In this document: positions 13,345 to 27,575 of the stretch, piece after piece | How positions within the stretch are numbered: position 1 is the stretch's first letter | How the letters are laid out: each line of letters opens with the position of its first letter | Origin: Octopus sinensis | Taxonomy: Eukaryota | Length of the DNA stretch: 64,000 nt | Assembly (NCBI RefSeq): GCF_006345805.1 | Contig: NC_043005.1 | Span: 94,736,001 to 94,800,000 of the forward strand | Direction: 5' to 3' | Notes under the pieces: model-generated | The model's input: the letters and a program-made list of their open reading frames with translations, nothing else | Told to the model about the DNA's origin: nothing | The model's database searches: none | Made by a program: the position numbers and the translations under genes

Positions 13345-13731
13345 CTAGCAGTATCGCCCGGCGTTGCTCGGGTTTGTTTCGACCCTTTAGAATTGGAAGT
13401 TTTGAAAAGTAAGAATTTTGCATTATTTAGCTTGTTATTCTCTTTAAATGAATATTTTTCTGGTTGAAATACACCGAAAAATGGCGACACAGCAGTCAAA
13501 AAGTCGTAAAAAATAGGGATTTTCATAGCAAAAAAACACCTTTTTGATGTAAATAATTTTTGGTGTTAACATGGTCCGATTTGAATTTTTTCTTCTACGG
13601 AAGGAAGAGCAAGCCTTCTATCATACTCTCAATTTTGGTCAACTTGCGCCGCAGGGTCTCGGAGGAGATAGTGTTAGTTGAAGGCTACCAAACCTGCCAT
13701 ACACAGACAACTTCAGCTTTATATATATAGA
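13345..13731 (-). mobile_element. Non-autonomous Helitron (387 bp)
   Basis: Minus strand starts TC after A, ends hairpin CCCGAGCAACGCCGGG then CTAG before T; no TSD. Confidence 0.8.
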
Positions 13732-14301
13732 TTATTTAAACGTCCAAACTTGCCATACACTGTATCACGCTGATTCTGCTAGAAAATTACTTTAAGTAGT
13801 AATTGTGTCAGTGCAATAGTGAGCTACATACACGATATTTGTGTAGTAAAAGGAATATTTCCTCGATCGAACAACTATATTCTCGTGGGGAAACCAGCGT
13901 AGGGCCATTTGAACTCTGAAGAAAATACCACGCAGTATTCATTTTCGGAAGATTCTATATAACACTAGGGTCGACAATGTGTTTCGTTTCCCTAGGCTCA
14001 CTTAAATAAGAACTACTCAAGTCTTAAGAACGGTTTCAACGCTTTTACACCTTCCCAACACTGATGGCATTGTGCAAATCTAAAAAACTCGCATGTCTTT
14101 TGTGGACAGGATATTGGACTAGCAGAATTAGTCGAGTGCTGTACAGTCAAAGATCAAATCCTGCTGTGGTGGATTTAATTTCCAGTCTTAAAGAGAAAGT
14201 TAATATATAAAAAATATCAGGGTACTGGGTTCGATTCAGTCCATCCATCACTTATGAACAAATTGTCAGTATTAGAAATCAGTCAATATTTTACTCGCTT
14301 A

Positions 14302-14610
14302 TGGCGGCGAGCTGGCAGAATCGTTAGCACGCCGGGCGAAATGCTTAGAAGTATTTCGTCTGTCTTTACGTTCTGAGTTCAAATTCTGCTGAGGTCGATA
14401 AATTAAGTACCATTTGCGTACTGGGCTCGATAAATTAAGTACCATTTGCGTACTGGGATTGATAAATTAAGTACCATTTGCGTACTGGGATTGATAAATT
14501 AAGTATCATTTGCGTACTGGGGTCGATAAATTAAGTACCATTTGCGTACTGGGATCGATCTAATCGACTGGCCCCCTTCCCCAAAATTTCGGGCCTAAAG
14601 TAGAAAAGAA
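14302..14610 (+). mobile_element. Family-A SINE with internal 32-bp x5 tandem amplification
   Basis: A/B boxes; unit GATAAATTAAGTACCATTTGCGTACTGGGATT at 14397, 14429, 14461, 14493, 14525. Confidence 0.85.
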
Positions 14611-15055
14611 TATTTTACTCGCTTGAAGTCACAGTATTCCGGTGAGAAACAAATATGTTTTTCTGTTTCTCCCTAAGAAAGTAAAGCAATATTTTCTCTA
14701 GGTTATTTCTTTCTACTTGTGTTCCCTAAGTTGACGCTTAGCTTCATGTCAAGGCTATGGAAGTCACATTCGCAAAGTCTTGGAATCTATTCCCGGAATC
14801 AGCAAGGCCCTTCATTTGACGTTGCTTCGATCTAACCATTTAAAATTAGTTGTAGCAGACTTTCAGCACCAAATAATGCAAATAGAAGTGTCAGCGCCCT
14901 CCTGAGGGCTGCAACAGACCGAGTGATGCTTATTCCCTAATCTTATTCTCTTATTTCTACCTTAGTCTTTATATATGTATGTGTGTATGTATGTATGTAT
15001 GTATGTATGTATGTATGTATGTATGTATGTATGTATGTATGTATGTATGTATGTG

Positions 15056-15139
<84 letters not shown>

Positions 15140-15141
<2 letters not shown>

Positions 15142-15387
15142 TATGTGACAATTATTCGGTTGCCATAATAAGACTCCGAGTTTCGGATGTCGGAGCGGAA
15201 ACCTGCCCCAGCATCTCGTCAGTTATCGATGCAATCAAACCATGCTATGAAAATGACCATTAAATAAGGGGAAAAACCGAAGGGGAGGAAGTAAAAAGTA
15301 AAGAAGTAGAAAATGGTTATTGCAATCGCTTATATGTATACATATATGTATGTATGTATGTATATGTATGTATGTATGTATGTATAT

Positions 15388-15425
<38 letters not shown>

Positions 15426-16560
15426 ATAAATATAAAAATTTAAAAAATAAAATTTTTTTTTTTTTAATGTATATAGTTATTTACTTCCATTTATATATTT
15501 ACCTGTGAATTTTATTTTATTACGTTTTCAATTTTGTTTATATTGTAACCAGTTTATGGGGATCCTCTTCTGTCATATGTTGTGGTGTGTGCTAGTGTTC
15601 CATTCCAGTTTCCTATTCAGGTTAGGTTTATCTTCTATTATGTGTGTAGCTTCCGTAATTTGTCTAATTGTTGCGTCTGTTCTATGTGTGGACAAGATTT
15701 TAACTTCTATGTTGTTGATTGAGCCCCGTGTTCCTGCTCGGCGTGTTGGTATAGAATAGATGAGCTCTTTTCTTCCTTAAGTTCTCTCCAATGTACATTT
15801 ATTCGCTCTCCTATACTTCGTGCCGTTTCCCCTACGTATGTCGTTGTCTTGTTACTGCATCGTCCCTCTATACATCTTATACTACAGACTACATTTCTGG
15901 CTTTACAGTTTGTTTGTGGGCTAAATCTACACACAGTACAGTACCTATCTGTACAGGGGTTTCTACTAAAAGGGTAGGTTCTACCGACTATGGATTTGAT
16001 AGGGTTACCTGGCTTTTCAACAACCTTAATCCTTAGCTTAAGTTTGTCTAGGGTCCTTCTAAAGCGGTATGCCAGTTCACCTCTAGGGGTGGTGTCAACG
16101 AACATGACACTCTGGTATTTGTGGCTATCATACCAAAAGTTGGCCTTCCCTATTTTCTTCTTTGTCCTTTCAATAGTGCTCCATGATTTGCTCCTATAGA
16201 GTGGCAAATCCTATTCCTATCATTATATAAGATAGTATCAAATTTCTTCATGGCTCCTTTGTATACTCTGATCCTTTCTTTATGGCTGTAACCTGAGAAC
16301 TGCATGCGGTGAACGAAATGTTGTATGTGTCTCTTTAACTCTGTAGGCTCGCACATGCGGGACACATTTCGCATTATTCTGACGAGGTCTGCCATCAAAA
16401 TATTGAATTTGGCATTGTCCGCGATGGCTGAGTTCCGGTGGATCAAGTAATTGGAGGCCATAGGCTTGGCATAGTACGAATGAAGGATTTGGGTTTTATT
16501 ATTCTCAGTTTCTAGCCAGAGTTCTGTGTCTAGTATTGGTAGTCTATATATATATATATA
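15140..16560 (-). mobile_element. 5'-truncated Penelope-like element (RT thumb plus GIY-YIG)
   Basis: ORF 16150-16581 LPILDTELW..YYAKPMAS; ORF 15707-16207 CTVC..NCKARNVVCSIRC..YVGETARSIGERINVH. Confidence 0.85.
15167..15227 (-). ncRNA. Type I hammerhead ribozyme motif at PLE 3' end
   Basis: GAUAA-CUGACGA-GAUG..CAUC-C-GAAA-CUCGGAG-UC-UUAUU; GUC cleavage triplet; one extra C at base of stem II. Confidence 0.65.
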
Positions 16561-16613
16561 TAGACTACCAGTACTAGACACAACTCTGGCTAGAAACTGA
16601 GAATAATAAAACC

Positions 16614-16661
<48 letters not shown>

Positions 16662-17415
16662 ATACATATATATATATATGTATATATATAAAGCCAGTTG
16701 TGTGTGTGTGATATTTCTAGAGAAGTACTCAACTCGAATACTGTGCTATCAACCCTGTCGGGATCCAAGCCAAAGCTGCAATACTTCTGGTGTAGAAAGT
16801 CCAAGTTTCAAGACGATTATACCATCACATGGTTTAACGAAGGGTAAATAATCCAATAAAAAGAAGACAAAGAAAATTCTTTAAAAGAATTTTCTTTGTT
16901 GTCTTCTTTTAATTGTGATCTAAACGAATAGGTACGCTGGGTAAGTGCTATGGTTGGTCGACCAATTAGTTCCCGTAATCACAGCTAAGGCAGGATCTAG
17001 AGATCTGTGTTAGAGTTCCGTTATAGCATGTATATATTATATTAGAGGAAAAATCAAAACCAAAGCAGAACGAGTATCTCAAATCTCTAATTAGGGTAAG
17101 ATGAATTTGAAGTCTTTCAGCCGCTTCTATCATAACCCAAGTGGTAGTTTAGCATGTCCACGCACTGGGTATTCCGTCATCAGACACAATGTATGAATAT
17201 TTTAGACAGGGAAAATTTACAGTTTACAAGGAATAGAATTCACAGTTTATAAGGAATAAAATAGAAGAGTAAAAGTAGTTAGAAGACTGTATTTAGGCAG
17301 GAAAATAACTGTAAGACTTCAATATCTGTACGACTTCAAATTCGCCTTACCATAATTAAATTATTTTAAATGACTTGAGATACTTGGTTTTAATTTTCCT
17401 CTAATATCATATAAT

Positions 17416-17455
<40 letters not shown>

Positions 17456-17690
17456 CTTTATTTAAAGCAGCAGAAAATTCAACAAAATATGTTACTCTGA
17501 GTTTCCCGTTGCCGTTCATGAATTTGAAGTCTTAAAAACTGTCCGATGAACGGCAACGGGAAACTCAGAGTAACAGATTTTGTTGAATTTTCTGCTGCTT
17601 TAAATAAAGCATATTACTCTACCACTGGTATTTGAGTACTCTTTTTTCCACCTTGTTTCACATTTATGTGTTTACTCCGGTATATATATA
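17456..17690 (+). mobile_element. Palindromic PLE-derived element, same family as 47085-47300
   Basis: 64-bp inverted arms (1 mismatch), then AATAAAGCATATTACTCTACC..TTACTCCGG(TA)n tail shared with 47220-47300. Confidence 0.75.
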
Positions 17691-17708
17691 TATATTATAT
17701 ATATATAT

Positions 17709-17740
<32 letters not shown>

Positions 17741-17779
17741 AACATATATATATATATATATACGTATGTATGTATGCAC

Positions 17780-17829
<50 letters not shown>

Positions 17830-18553
17830 ATAACAATTTAATAAATAAAACATATGCATACATACATATATGTACATACCTACATCTATATGTATATATA
17901 CATGCATATATGAGTACAGGACACTACAAATAAACGTAGAACACAACGAGAAACGAAAACAAAATCAAACGAGGAAACGGACTTTTTTTAACAACGAAAA
18001 AAACAGAGTACAAGACAAACAATACAAGGAACATTCCCCTTCTTCAGCTGCCCCTGTTTCGACTCAATGCGTGTTTCGAAGGTAAGGGCAGAACATGACC
18101 ACGCCGAAGCAATTCTTCCCGCAAAATGAATTAAATAAAATATTTTGCAGAGGGGTAAAAAAAGTGACAAGTACAGGACATAAAAGCAATACAAATGAAG
18201 AAAAAACAGTACAAATAAAGATAAAAACAGTAAAAGACAGGACAAGGAAACCAGCAATAAGAGCTTTTTTAAGCCTAGACGGTGGAAAAATTCGTTAGAC
18301 CGTTTCTGAAGATCGGCTGCGGAAGAGAGAAAAAAGCCGATGCTGACAAGTAGAAAGCTGTGGGCAGAAAGAAAGTTAGTAGCCGTCCGGTCAGAGACGA
18401 GAGAGAGGAGGAGGAGTGAGAGAGAGGAGAAGAAACCAGAAAGGGTGAAAAATAAGAAGGAGAGAGACAGGTAGAGAGGAAGACAGACAGGCAGGGAGGA
18501 AAGGTCAAGTAAAGAGTTAAGAGAAGAGAGATAGAGAGAGAGAAAATGGATGT

Positions 18554-18639
<86 letters not shown>

Positions 18640-18684
18640 GGATAGATAGATGCATACATACATTCATACATACTTGATATGGAC

Positions 18685-18717
<33 letters not shown>

Positions 18718-19019
18718 TGTATGTATGTATGTATACGTATGTGTGAGAGAGAAAAAAAACAGCGGCTTAATTAAATTAAAAGTTAGAAATTGTATTCAGT
18801 AGCAGGTTTCAGAAAGTGACCACACTCTAATACTCCTTAAAATATGTTTAGGAAATACCAAATACGAATGTTGAATATACAGCTTCTCACAGTTCAGAGC
18901 AACAAAGAAGAATACACGGTAAGGGATAAAAATAAATATGCAGTGCTGCAATACTTAAACATAGAACCCAGTAGGAAAGACGCAAGGAGTGTATAAACAT
19001 TATAATATAGACTACAATG

Positions 19020-19657
19020 CCACATTCAGAGGTAGTAGATAAGAAATGGATAACAGATGAGATTAAGTCTCTTATGAGAAAGAAAAGAATGAAGAGTGTC
19101 AATGACAGGAAATACCAAAAACCGACTCAAAAGATGAAAAGGAAATGTGATCAGACAAACGTACGGTGGTTGGAGGAAGAATGTGATAAGACTGGGAAAC
19201 TATTCCACAGGGATTCACATAGGTGCAACTCATTTTGCAACCACATCATTCCAGGTTCAGTCTTACTGCGCGGCTCTCTGGGCAAGCGTTTTCTATTATG
19301 ACTCCGGGCTGACGATAAATGCCTTGTGAATGAAAGTGGGAGACGAAAACTGACTGGAAGCCAGTCGCGCGTGTGTGTGTGTGGTGTATGTGTGTGTGTG
19401 TATGTATGTATGTATTTATGTATGTATATATGTGTGTGTGTGAGTGTATGCATGTATGTATTATATGTATGTATCAGCAAACGTGTAAAGCCTATAAATG
19501 TTGCACATATATGATTTATTACATGGATACTTAAGATTTAACCAAAGAAGTTAGTAACTGTAGAAGGAGGCAACTGGCAGTATCCTGCCTGTTGCCTCCT
19601 GAGAAGCACAAGCTTCAAACACTTTGTGATATCTGGAAAGGAATGTGTCGAGACGGC

Positions 19658-19711
<54 letters not shown>

Positions 19712-19830
19712 AGAGAAGACACAAACTGGCCTTACCATCTGGCTATCGAAAGATCGACTGGATAATGTGCTATGCTCAGTGTGGAATAAGATGTGGGTGG
19801 ACGCTTGCAGACGTGGTTTATGAAGAACAG
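19020..19830 (+). mobile_element. Decayed RTE-like LINE remnant interrupted by a CORE SINE (19205-19370) and microsatellites
   Basis: KKWITDEIKSLM..WLEEEC linker; RRRQL and ADACRRG-like C-terminal motifs. Confidence 0.45.
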
Positions 19831-21255
19831 CTATACACGCACACGCACACGCGCGCATGTTTCAGTTGCAAAAAGAAGTCGGCTTACAAGCTGCCATCAG
19901 TGATGACCTGTAAACTGAAACTGAAGTGACTGTAAAAACACTAAAAATACTAAAAAAGTATTGAGTGATCTTTATATTGAATTGTTTTTATACGTTACTT
20001 TAAATTAAATAAATAGTAATACCTATCTATGTATATATCTATCTATACACACATACACACTCACCCACACACACAATTATATGCATTACGTGTGAGCTTT
20101 CGCGTTACATAATTTATCAACATTCTCTAGAAAGAATCGTTGGATATGGCAGTTGATTATTTATTATTTCACCCTCTTCCACAGTGAATTTTATTGGTTT
20201 TACATATAAAGTAACACAGCAGAGATTTGGACACCGTCATAGTGCTTCACGAAAATAAAGATGCCATCCAATGATATAGCGTCACGATATTATTTAGATT
20301 TTAACCTATTACTAACGATAATAGAGAACTTGTGCGTATTCTTCCTAAATGCTGATATATTAATCTTTCAGCTGGAAGTCTTCCCTTGATAGATACATTG
20401 TCAACATTTCCGTTGCATTGTCAGGCGATAACTTTCTTCTTTCTTTATGAAATTTTTCCCTTTCAAATCTGTTCAGATAATTTATGCAATATACAGCTCC
20501 ATCAGCTGGAGTCATTGTAAATGGTTTAATAACATTAAAATTTTTCACCTGGTAGGATGTCATGGATATGTTCTGGATCAGCTTCTTCAGATGGAAAGAG
20601 GTTTTAGTGTACACTACAGTATAGTCAGAGCCGTTTTCAGGCAAGGCCATTCTAGGCAGTTACCAAGAGGCTTCACGATTCAAGACCATCTCGGGTGTCT
20701 TGTGACCTCACAGTTCTAAAGGCCCAACTCTGATCTGCGTATGATGTAGCTTGTTGTCATTAAATAAATATGCTTTGGGGCAAGTACTTTGATTTGCCCG
20801 GGATCCTATAATGCTGCTAAGCAGCCTTGCAGTCAACTGTTACTTGCGATAGAATATGAGTTGGTAGCATGTAACAAGCTTTGGTAAATTGTTTTGGGTA
20901 TCAATGCAGTCGCAAGCAGACAGACATTTTCTCGATCCTCTCGATTAATCCAGTGGCATATGCAAGCTGTGACAGCAGGAGAAAGAGTGAAAGAGGAAGA
21001 GTGGAAGAGGAAGAGTGGAAGAGGAAGAAGAAATAAATATATATATGTATATATGTATATATGTATATATGTATATATGTATATATATAGATGTATATAT
21101 ATATATATATTAAAAGAATCTGCTGTTATCTTTTACTGGTTTCAACCTAAGGCTGGGACCATGCTAAAGTATCGCCTTTTGGGGTTCTCTTTCTGTACAG
21201 TTTTTGATGAAGGAGCGAATTTGACGGAGCCGCTCTTCTTTGTACTAAAAACTTA

Positions 21256-21391
21256 AGTTGATTTATGATAATTTGTAATAAAAATAGTTGATTTATGGTG
21301 ATTTGTAATAAAAATAGTTGATTTATGATAATTTGTAATAAAAATAGTTGATTTATGGTGATTTGTGCTAAAAACCTAAGTTGATTTATGG
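21256..21391 (+). repeat. 30-bp tandem repeat, about 4.5 copies
   Basis: AGTTGATTTATGRTRATTTGTAATAAAAAT at 21256, 21286, 21316, 21346, partial near 21378. Confidence 0.9.
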
Positions 21392-21877
21392 TTGAGTTTG
21401 AACTTAAAGCAGAGCAGCCACCAAACTACATATAAAGCAAAACAGGCGATTTTCATCGTTTGCCAACGTTTATATTTTATTTACTGTTTTTGTTCTTGTA
21501 TGTGTATGCGTATGTATTTATTATATTTGTGTACACGTGGAATAGAATATGTACTCAATTACGGTAATATTTGGCTACGCACTAAATGATTATCAAATCT
21601 AATACGCATTGTATGCCATTATATAATTCACGTTGGCTGTTCTAATGTAGAATGTGTGTACGTTTATCCAACGTTGTATGTTCGTCAATTTATGTGATGT
21701 AGTGTTGATGATCGCGTGTGTGTGTGAGTGCGCGCGCGTGTCATAGAATACGTAAGCTTAAGTAGTGTGTGTCATTTATTTCGGGTATGGTACGTCTCTG
21801 TGTTTGTATAATAGTATGTGTATCTCTATTCTTTGATATATTTTCATATATGCGTATGCGGGTCTATATATATAAAT

Positions 21878-21942
<65 letters not shown>

Positions 21943-22126
21943 ATATATACATATATATATGCTACGTATGCTTTATATGCCTTATGATTTTGCATATCTT
22001 TGTGTAAATGTGTGAATTTTGGTATATGAATAGGAAAGAATTTTTGCAATGTCTTGAAACTTAACTTTTTTATGTGCACATATGTGAGTGTATGTGTGTG
22101 TGTGTGTGCAAATACTCCGAGAGAGA

Positions 22127-22173
<47 letters not shown>

Positions 22174-22246
22174 AGAAATAAGAATACATGTGTGTAAATA
22201 TGAATGTTTATGCGTAAGCATATTAATATATACGCATGTACATCTA

Positions 22247-22247
<1 letters not shown>

Positions 22248-22327
<80 letters not shown>

Positions 22328-22342
22328 CCATCATCATCATCA

Positions 22343-22406
<64 letters not shown>

Positions 22407-22430
22407 TATTGTTATTGTTATTATTATTAA
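22248..22430. repeat. (TAT)n/(CAT)n microsatellite
   Basis: Direct reading; source of poly-Y/L/I ORFs. Confidence 0.95.
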
Positions 22431-23526
22431 TTTGAAGTTCATGTGTTTGAGTGAGTGTATAAACAAGGGCTACTTAGTTTTAATGTTTAGTATAGGATGT
22501 TAGAAAGTGTTTAACCTCTTTAGAAGGGTCAGATGGGAAATATCTGGTAGTAGCAGTTTATAATAACGTTGTCTCGTTGTCGCAACCAATTACTCAAATA
22601 TGTGACATTTGAAAAGAAGCCAAAATAAGACGTATTAGTTGCGTAACAATGTTCACATGGACGTCTGCAATATAACTTAGTTTCGTCTATGTACATTGTT
22701 TATGTATTCCTTTATTCTGTTAGTCGTTTATTCTTTCGCTGGTTTCATGCATTGGTTGGCGGCCATGTTAGTGCACCAATTTTCCCTATTGAACTAGGAA
22801 CTAGTTTAGCAAATTTGAAACGAGATATCATTGAACTGGAGACCAATGTAGTTGAGCATGTCTAGCCGGAATTTCCAAATCAGAAGCTTACTCACTTCGC
22901 CATTAGCTGTTTATCGAAGCGCTAAGTTAGGCGACAGAAAGTGACATAACGCCATACTGGAAGACTGATTTAGTTACAGATTCGATCGAGATGCACTACT
23001 GCATTTTTACCTTTTTTAAGTTATTAGACTACCACCATACAGGGGCAAGGCTTTCAGTCGCTTAGCTAACAAATCAACCTTCCCTATTAATATGGTATTT
23101 ATTTTATCAAACTCTGCTTGGCGAAACGTTAAGTTACGGCTCATAAAATGACACAACACTGGTAGATTGAACACGTTTAAGCCAGTTCATTTTTCTCGGG
23201 TTCGCAATGTATTTAGGGATACAATAAAACAATTACAGCAATCCCCAAAATATACAAAAGAAATTGCATAAACTACCTGCATCAACTTGTTATAAAAGCA
23301 GGTAGTAAATTTTATCTTAACATTATTCTTAGTGCAAGTTTTGTGCAGTTTTGTGCAGTTCAAAGTTATATTTTCGATTTTAACAGTTATATTTTCAAAT
23401 AGAAGTGACAAAGGAGCATATTTCTCATATTTTGCTTTATTATGAATTCAATAAAGTAACAACGCAAGGGTAAGTGCGAGGAATATCAATAACAGTATAT
23501 GGGGATCTGACAATAAGCGCGAACCA

Positions 23527-24160
23527 GTAACTGGTGACGAGAAATGGGTTCTCTATAAAAATGTCAAGCACCGAAGACATTGAGTAGGGAAAAGAGAAAC
23601 ACTGGCACTCCAGGCTAAAGAAGGTCTCCCCCCCCGCCCACGTAAGGTGTTGCTATCTGTTTGGTGGGATATGAAAGGTTTAGTCCACTTTGAAATTTTA
23701 AACCCAAGCCAAACGATAAAAAAGATCTACTGCGAGCAGCTTGAGCGGCGTAAGTTAGCGCTGAAAGAAAAACGACCATCTTTGGTTTCAAGACGAAAGG
23801 TGTTCTTCCATCAGGATAATGCTCGACTACATATAGCGAGGATGACATTCCAAAGGCTGGAACAGTCTGAATGGGAAATTATACCACACTCACCATATTC
23901 GCATGATATTACCCCATCTGATTATTATTTATTCCGCAGTCTTTAAAATCATTTGGACGGAAAAATATGAATTGTATAGACGAGGTCAGAACAGTACTGG
24001 AAAAGTATTTTTCGTCACGGACAAATGAATTTTGGAAGAGGAGCCTTGCAAGATGGTAGAGCATTGTAGAAAATGGAGAGTATACTTTAGATTAAAAAAG
24101 AAATTTCTTTATCTTAATTTCGAAAAATAAAAGAAGCATAAAAAACCGCATTATTTATAT
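23527..24160 (+). mobile_element. Decayed mariner transposase fragment
   Basis: VTGDEKW, LLSVWWD, FHQDNAR, PYSHDITPSDYYLF motifs with stops and frameshifts. Confidence 0.85.
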
Positions 24161-24219
24161 ACATACATACACAGATGTACACATACATACATGCACACAT
24201 ACATACACACACAGACACA

Positions 24220-24314
<95 letters not shown>

Positions 24315-26001
24315 TTGTGTGTGTGTGTTTGTGTGTACGTATGCATATATATATGTATATACATATGTGAATATATATACGTTATATACATATGCACTTT
24401 GCTTATATTTTGGTATAAAAATATAAAAGCACTGATTACAAACTAGTATCATATATCAGTGGGGTCTACTGCGGGCTTAATTATGTATGGCATTTTCAAT
24501 CGACTGCACTCGTCAGTGGTTTGAGAAACATTATTTTAACGGTGAAAACAGTATTCATTATGATCAGTGGGATTTCAGAAAATTGCGTAATCGGAAGAGT
24601 CAACTGTCATCCGTCATAGATAGGGGAGATCCTCTTTGAAATCCATTGAGAAAGAACCTAAACATGTGCCAACACACCGAAATAATCTCGGTTCTTCAAT
24701 CTCTAATTCTGATTGTGTGGCCAATTAATCAGAGTTTGTTTCTAAAACAGAGATCACAGTAATTCGATTAGTTTATATATGCCTGCGTATACCTTTGAAA
24801 ACTCTGCCTACGATGACGTGGTATAAGCTATGTCCCACGATTTTGAAATGTTGTACCAAAAATTTTTGAAGTAGTTCTTTTCAGTGTATGATAAGAGATA
24901 GCGGCAGAGATATTACGTAAACGAATGTTGATTTGGTGGAAGGCTCTCTTCTGCGTTAATCTCTTCAAGTTTCTCTCTATGGTCAGCTGCCATCTCTAAC
25001 AAACGCGTTGTCTGCTTAGTGAGATTCGCTTGACCATCAGTGACGCTCTCTTTCACTACACTGACTTTAACTTCCTCACCTCATATGTTTCATTTTTCTA
25101 TATCTGTTCATACCTCCATGTCATAGAACTCCTCCTCCCTCCCCCTGCCTTTTCTTTTCTACCACGGTTCTTCCTTCCTACGTCGCATATATATTCCTCC
25201 CTTTCCATGCCTTTCGTTCTTATTCTTCCTCCTCTCTTCCTTCAACCGTTTAATTCTCTAGCATTACTATATGAACTGCTTTTGCTGATTTTCTCTTCAT
25301 GAGGGAAGCCGAACTTATTCCGTCCCCTTGTGATTGTTTATTGATAGCATACTGAAGACTTTTTGCATATTCCATCTGAAAATCATGAATATTACGAGCT
25401 ACCTGAAACAGCTGTCGAATAAAGAAACTACATATCCTATTTTAAGCATTCTGTATTTTGTATGCTCTATATAAATATATTTATATGTATGTATATGTTT
25501 ACGTATATATGTGTTCATCTTTCTGAATGTATGTAGATATACTTGTGTATGTGTGTGTGTGTGAGTGCGTGTGTGCGTGCGTGTATGCGTGTTTGTCTGT
25601 CTGTGTCTGTGTGTATATGCTTGTATTTGGCAAGCCTAATTGTGTATATCTGTAAAACTACCTTCACATGAGCTCGACTTGGATTTCTCTTATGGCTACT
25701 TTTAACGCAATGGACCTGGTTCTGGATGAACAATTTTGGAATTTAATTTCAAATTCATTTGAGTACTATCAATTGTTTTCTCTACTAAGCATGTCCAGTT
25801 TCCAGCTATTGTCTGTGTCTACACACATGCGCGCGCACACAGATATAGGCACACACTCACAAACGCACTCGACACAAGGCACCTACACAGACGCACACTG
25901 AGACACACTGACACACAGACACAATATAGACATACATATAAGATGCTAATTAATAACACACATACATATATACGCATAGACAAACACACAGGTACATGTG
26001 C

Positions 26002-26037
<36 letters not shown>

Positions 26038-26077
26038 TATATATATACACATACATACATACACATACACACACACA

Positions 26078-26231
<154 letters not shown>

Positions 26232-27122
26232 GTATATATATACAAACCCACATGTACATGCGCTGTCTATACACATTCAAATAACGATCATAATAATGAA
26301 AGCAACTTGAAACCGAATAAACGCAACCGTGTCCAACGTTTTCCAACGCCTCTGAAACGAAGAAGTGAGTCATAGAGAAAGAATGCTGCTTCACGTCTTT
26401 AGTTCTGTTTTATCCCCTTTTTCATTATTTTTAATCACCTTCACTTCAAAATGATTACATGGGTGTGTGTGTGAGAGTACATACACATACAAACACATAC
26501 ACAAACACACACGCACACACACGCACAAACCACACACGCATACACACACACAAATGTATAAATATATGTGTGTGTGTGCATGTGTGTATATATATATCCC
26601 CACTCATATATATACACATATATACATACACACATATACGTGTATGTATATATGTATATATATGTGGTGTGTGTATATCTATCTATCTATATATAAATAT
26701 ATATATATATATACATATATATATACATACATATATACATACACGTATGTACCTGTACATGTATGTGTGGTTCTGTGGAGTATGGCTCACGCACGCACAC
26801 ACATATACGCACATATACATGCATATATGAATATATATATTTATGTATAAATGCGTGTATAATTTTATGTATATCCATACGTGCATACATATATTCTCAC
26901 ACGCATATGTAATGTGTACATATAAGTATTATATATATACTGCATTCTATATATACTGCATCGGATTTACAGAGGAAATTATTGAAACGCAATTTAGGGT
27001 TAATATGGCGTCCCACTGAGATTAATTAAGGCCATTATTTACTTAAGTATTTTACCCTAGTCGTCTGTCTGATATTGAACATTAATTTGCAGGAAATGGT
27101 CATATGAATCGAGTCTTTGATT

Positions 27123-27171
<49 letters not shown>

Positions 27172-27371
27172 ACATTCATACATACATGCATACATACATG
27201 CATCGATGTGATTAATCATAAATTCCAACGAGAGTAACAAGGCAAATCATTTCTATTGGCCAGACATGAATTCAAGGTTTTTTATTTATTTATTTATTTT
27301 CTTTTTTGCCGTTTTGTTTTAAATCTTGGTGCGCGCTCATATTTATATACCCTGAGATAGTATTTAGAGTA

Positions 27372-27575
27372 AGGGCTGTAAGCTGGCATAATCGTTAGCG
27401 AAATACTTAGCGGTATTACGTCCGTTTTTACTTTCTGAGTTCTAATTCCATCGAAGTCATCTTTAACTTTTATCATTTCGTGTTTGATAAAATAATTTCA
27501 GGTGAACTTTGAGGTCCAGGCAATCGACTTGCTCCCCTCCCCCGAAATTGCTGGCCTTGTGCCAAAACTTGAAAT
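27372..27575 (+). mobile_element. Diverged family-A SINE
   Basis: AGCTGGCATAATCGTTAGC head, CTGAGTTCTAATTCC B-box, CCCGAAATTGCTGGCCTTGTGCC tail. Confidence 0.6.

Noticed and set aside
14397-14556. CRISPR-like 32-bp repeats (also 21256-21391 and 30121-30418)
   Set aside because: Head-to-tail with no unique spacers, no cas genes, eukaryotic context
17105-17190. Hammerhead candidate (CUGAUGA..GAAA on minus strand)
   Set aside because: Stems I and III do not pair and no valid UH placement
18030-18080. Hammerhead candidate (CUGAAGA with nearby GAAAC on minus strand)
   Set aside because: GAAA lies upstream with no consistent type I, II or III topology
20140-20650. Possible decayed Tc1-like transposase
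   Set aside because: No catalytic motif or TIR identifiable with confidence
25368-25421. GAAA-CAGCUG-UC half motif with CUGAAAA; similar eroded motif at 34515-34575
   Set aside because: Stem I offset or stem III missing and stem II unpaired; at best relics
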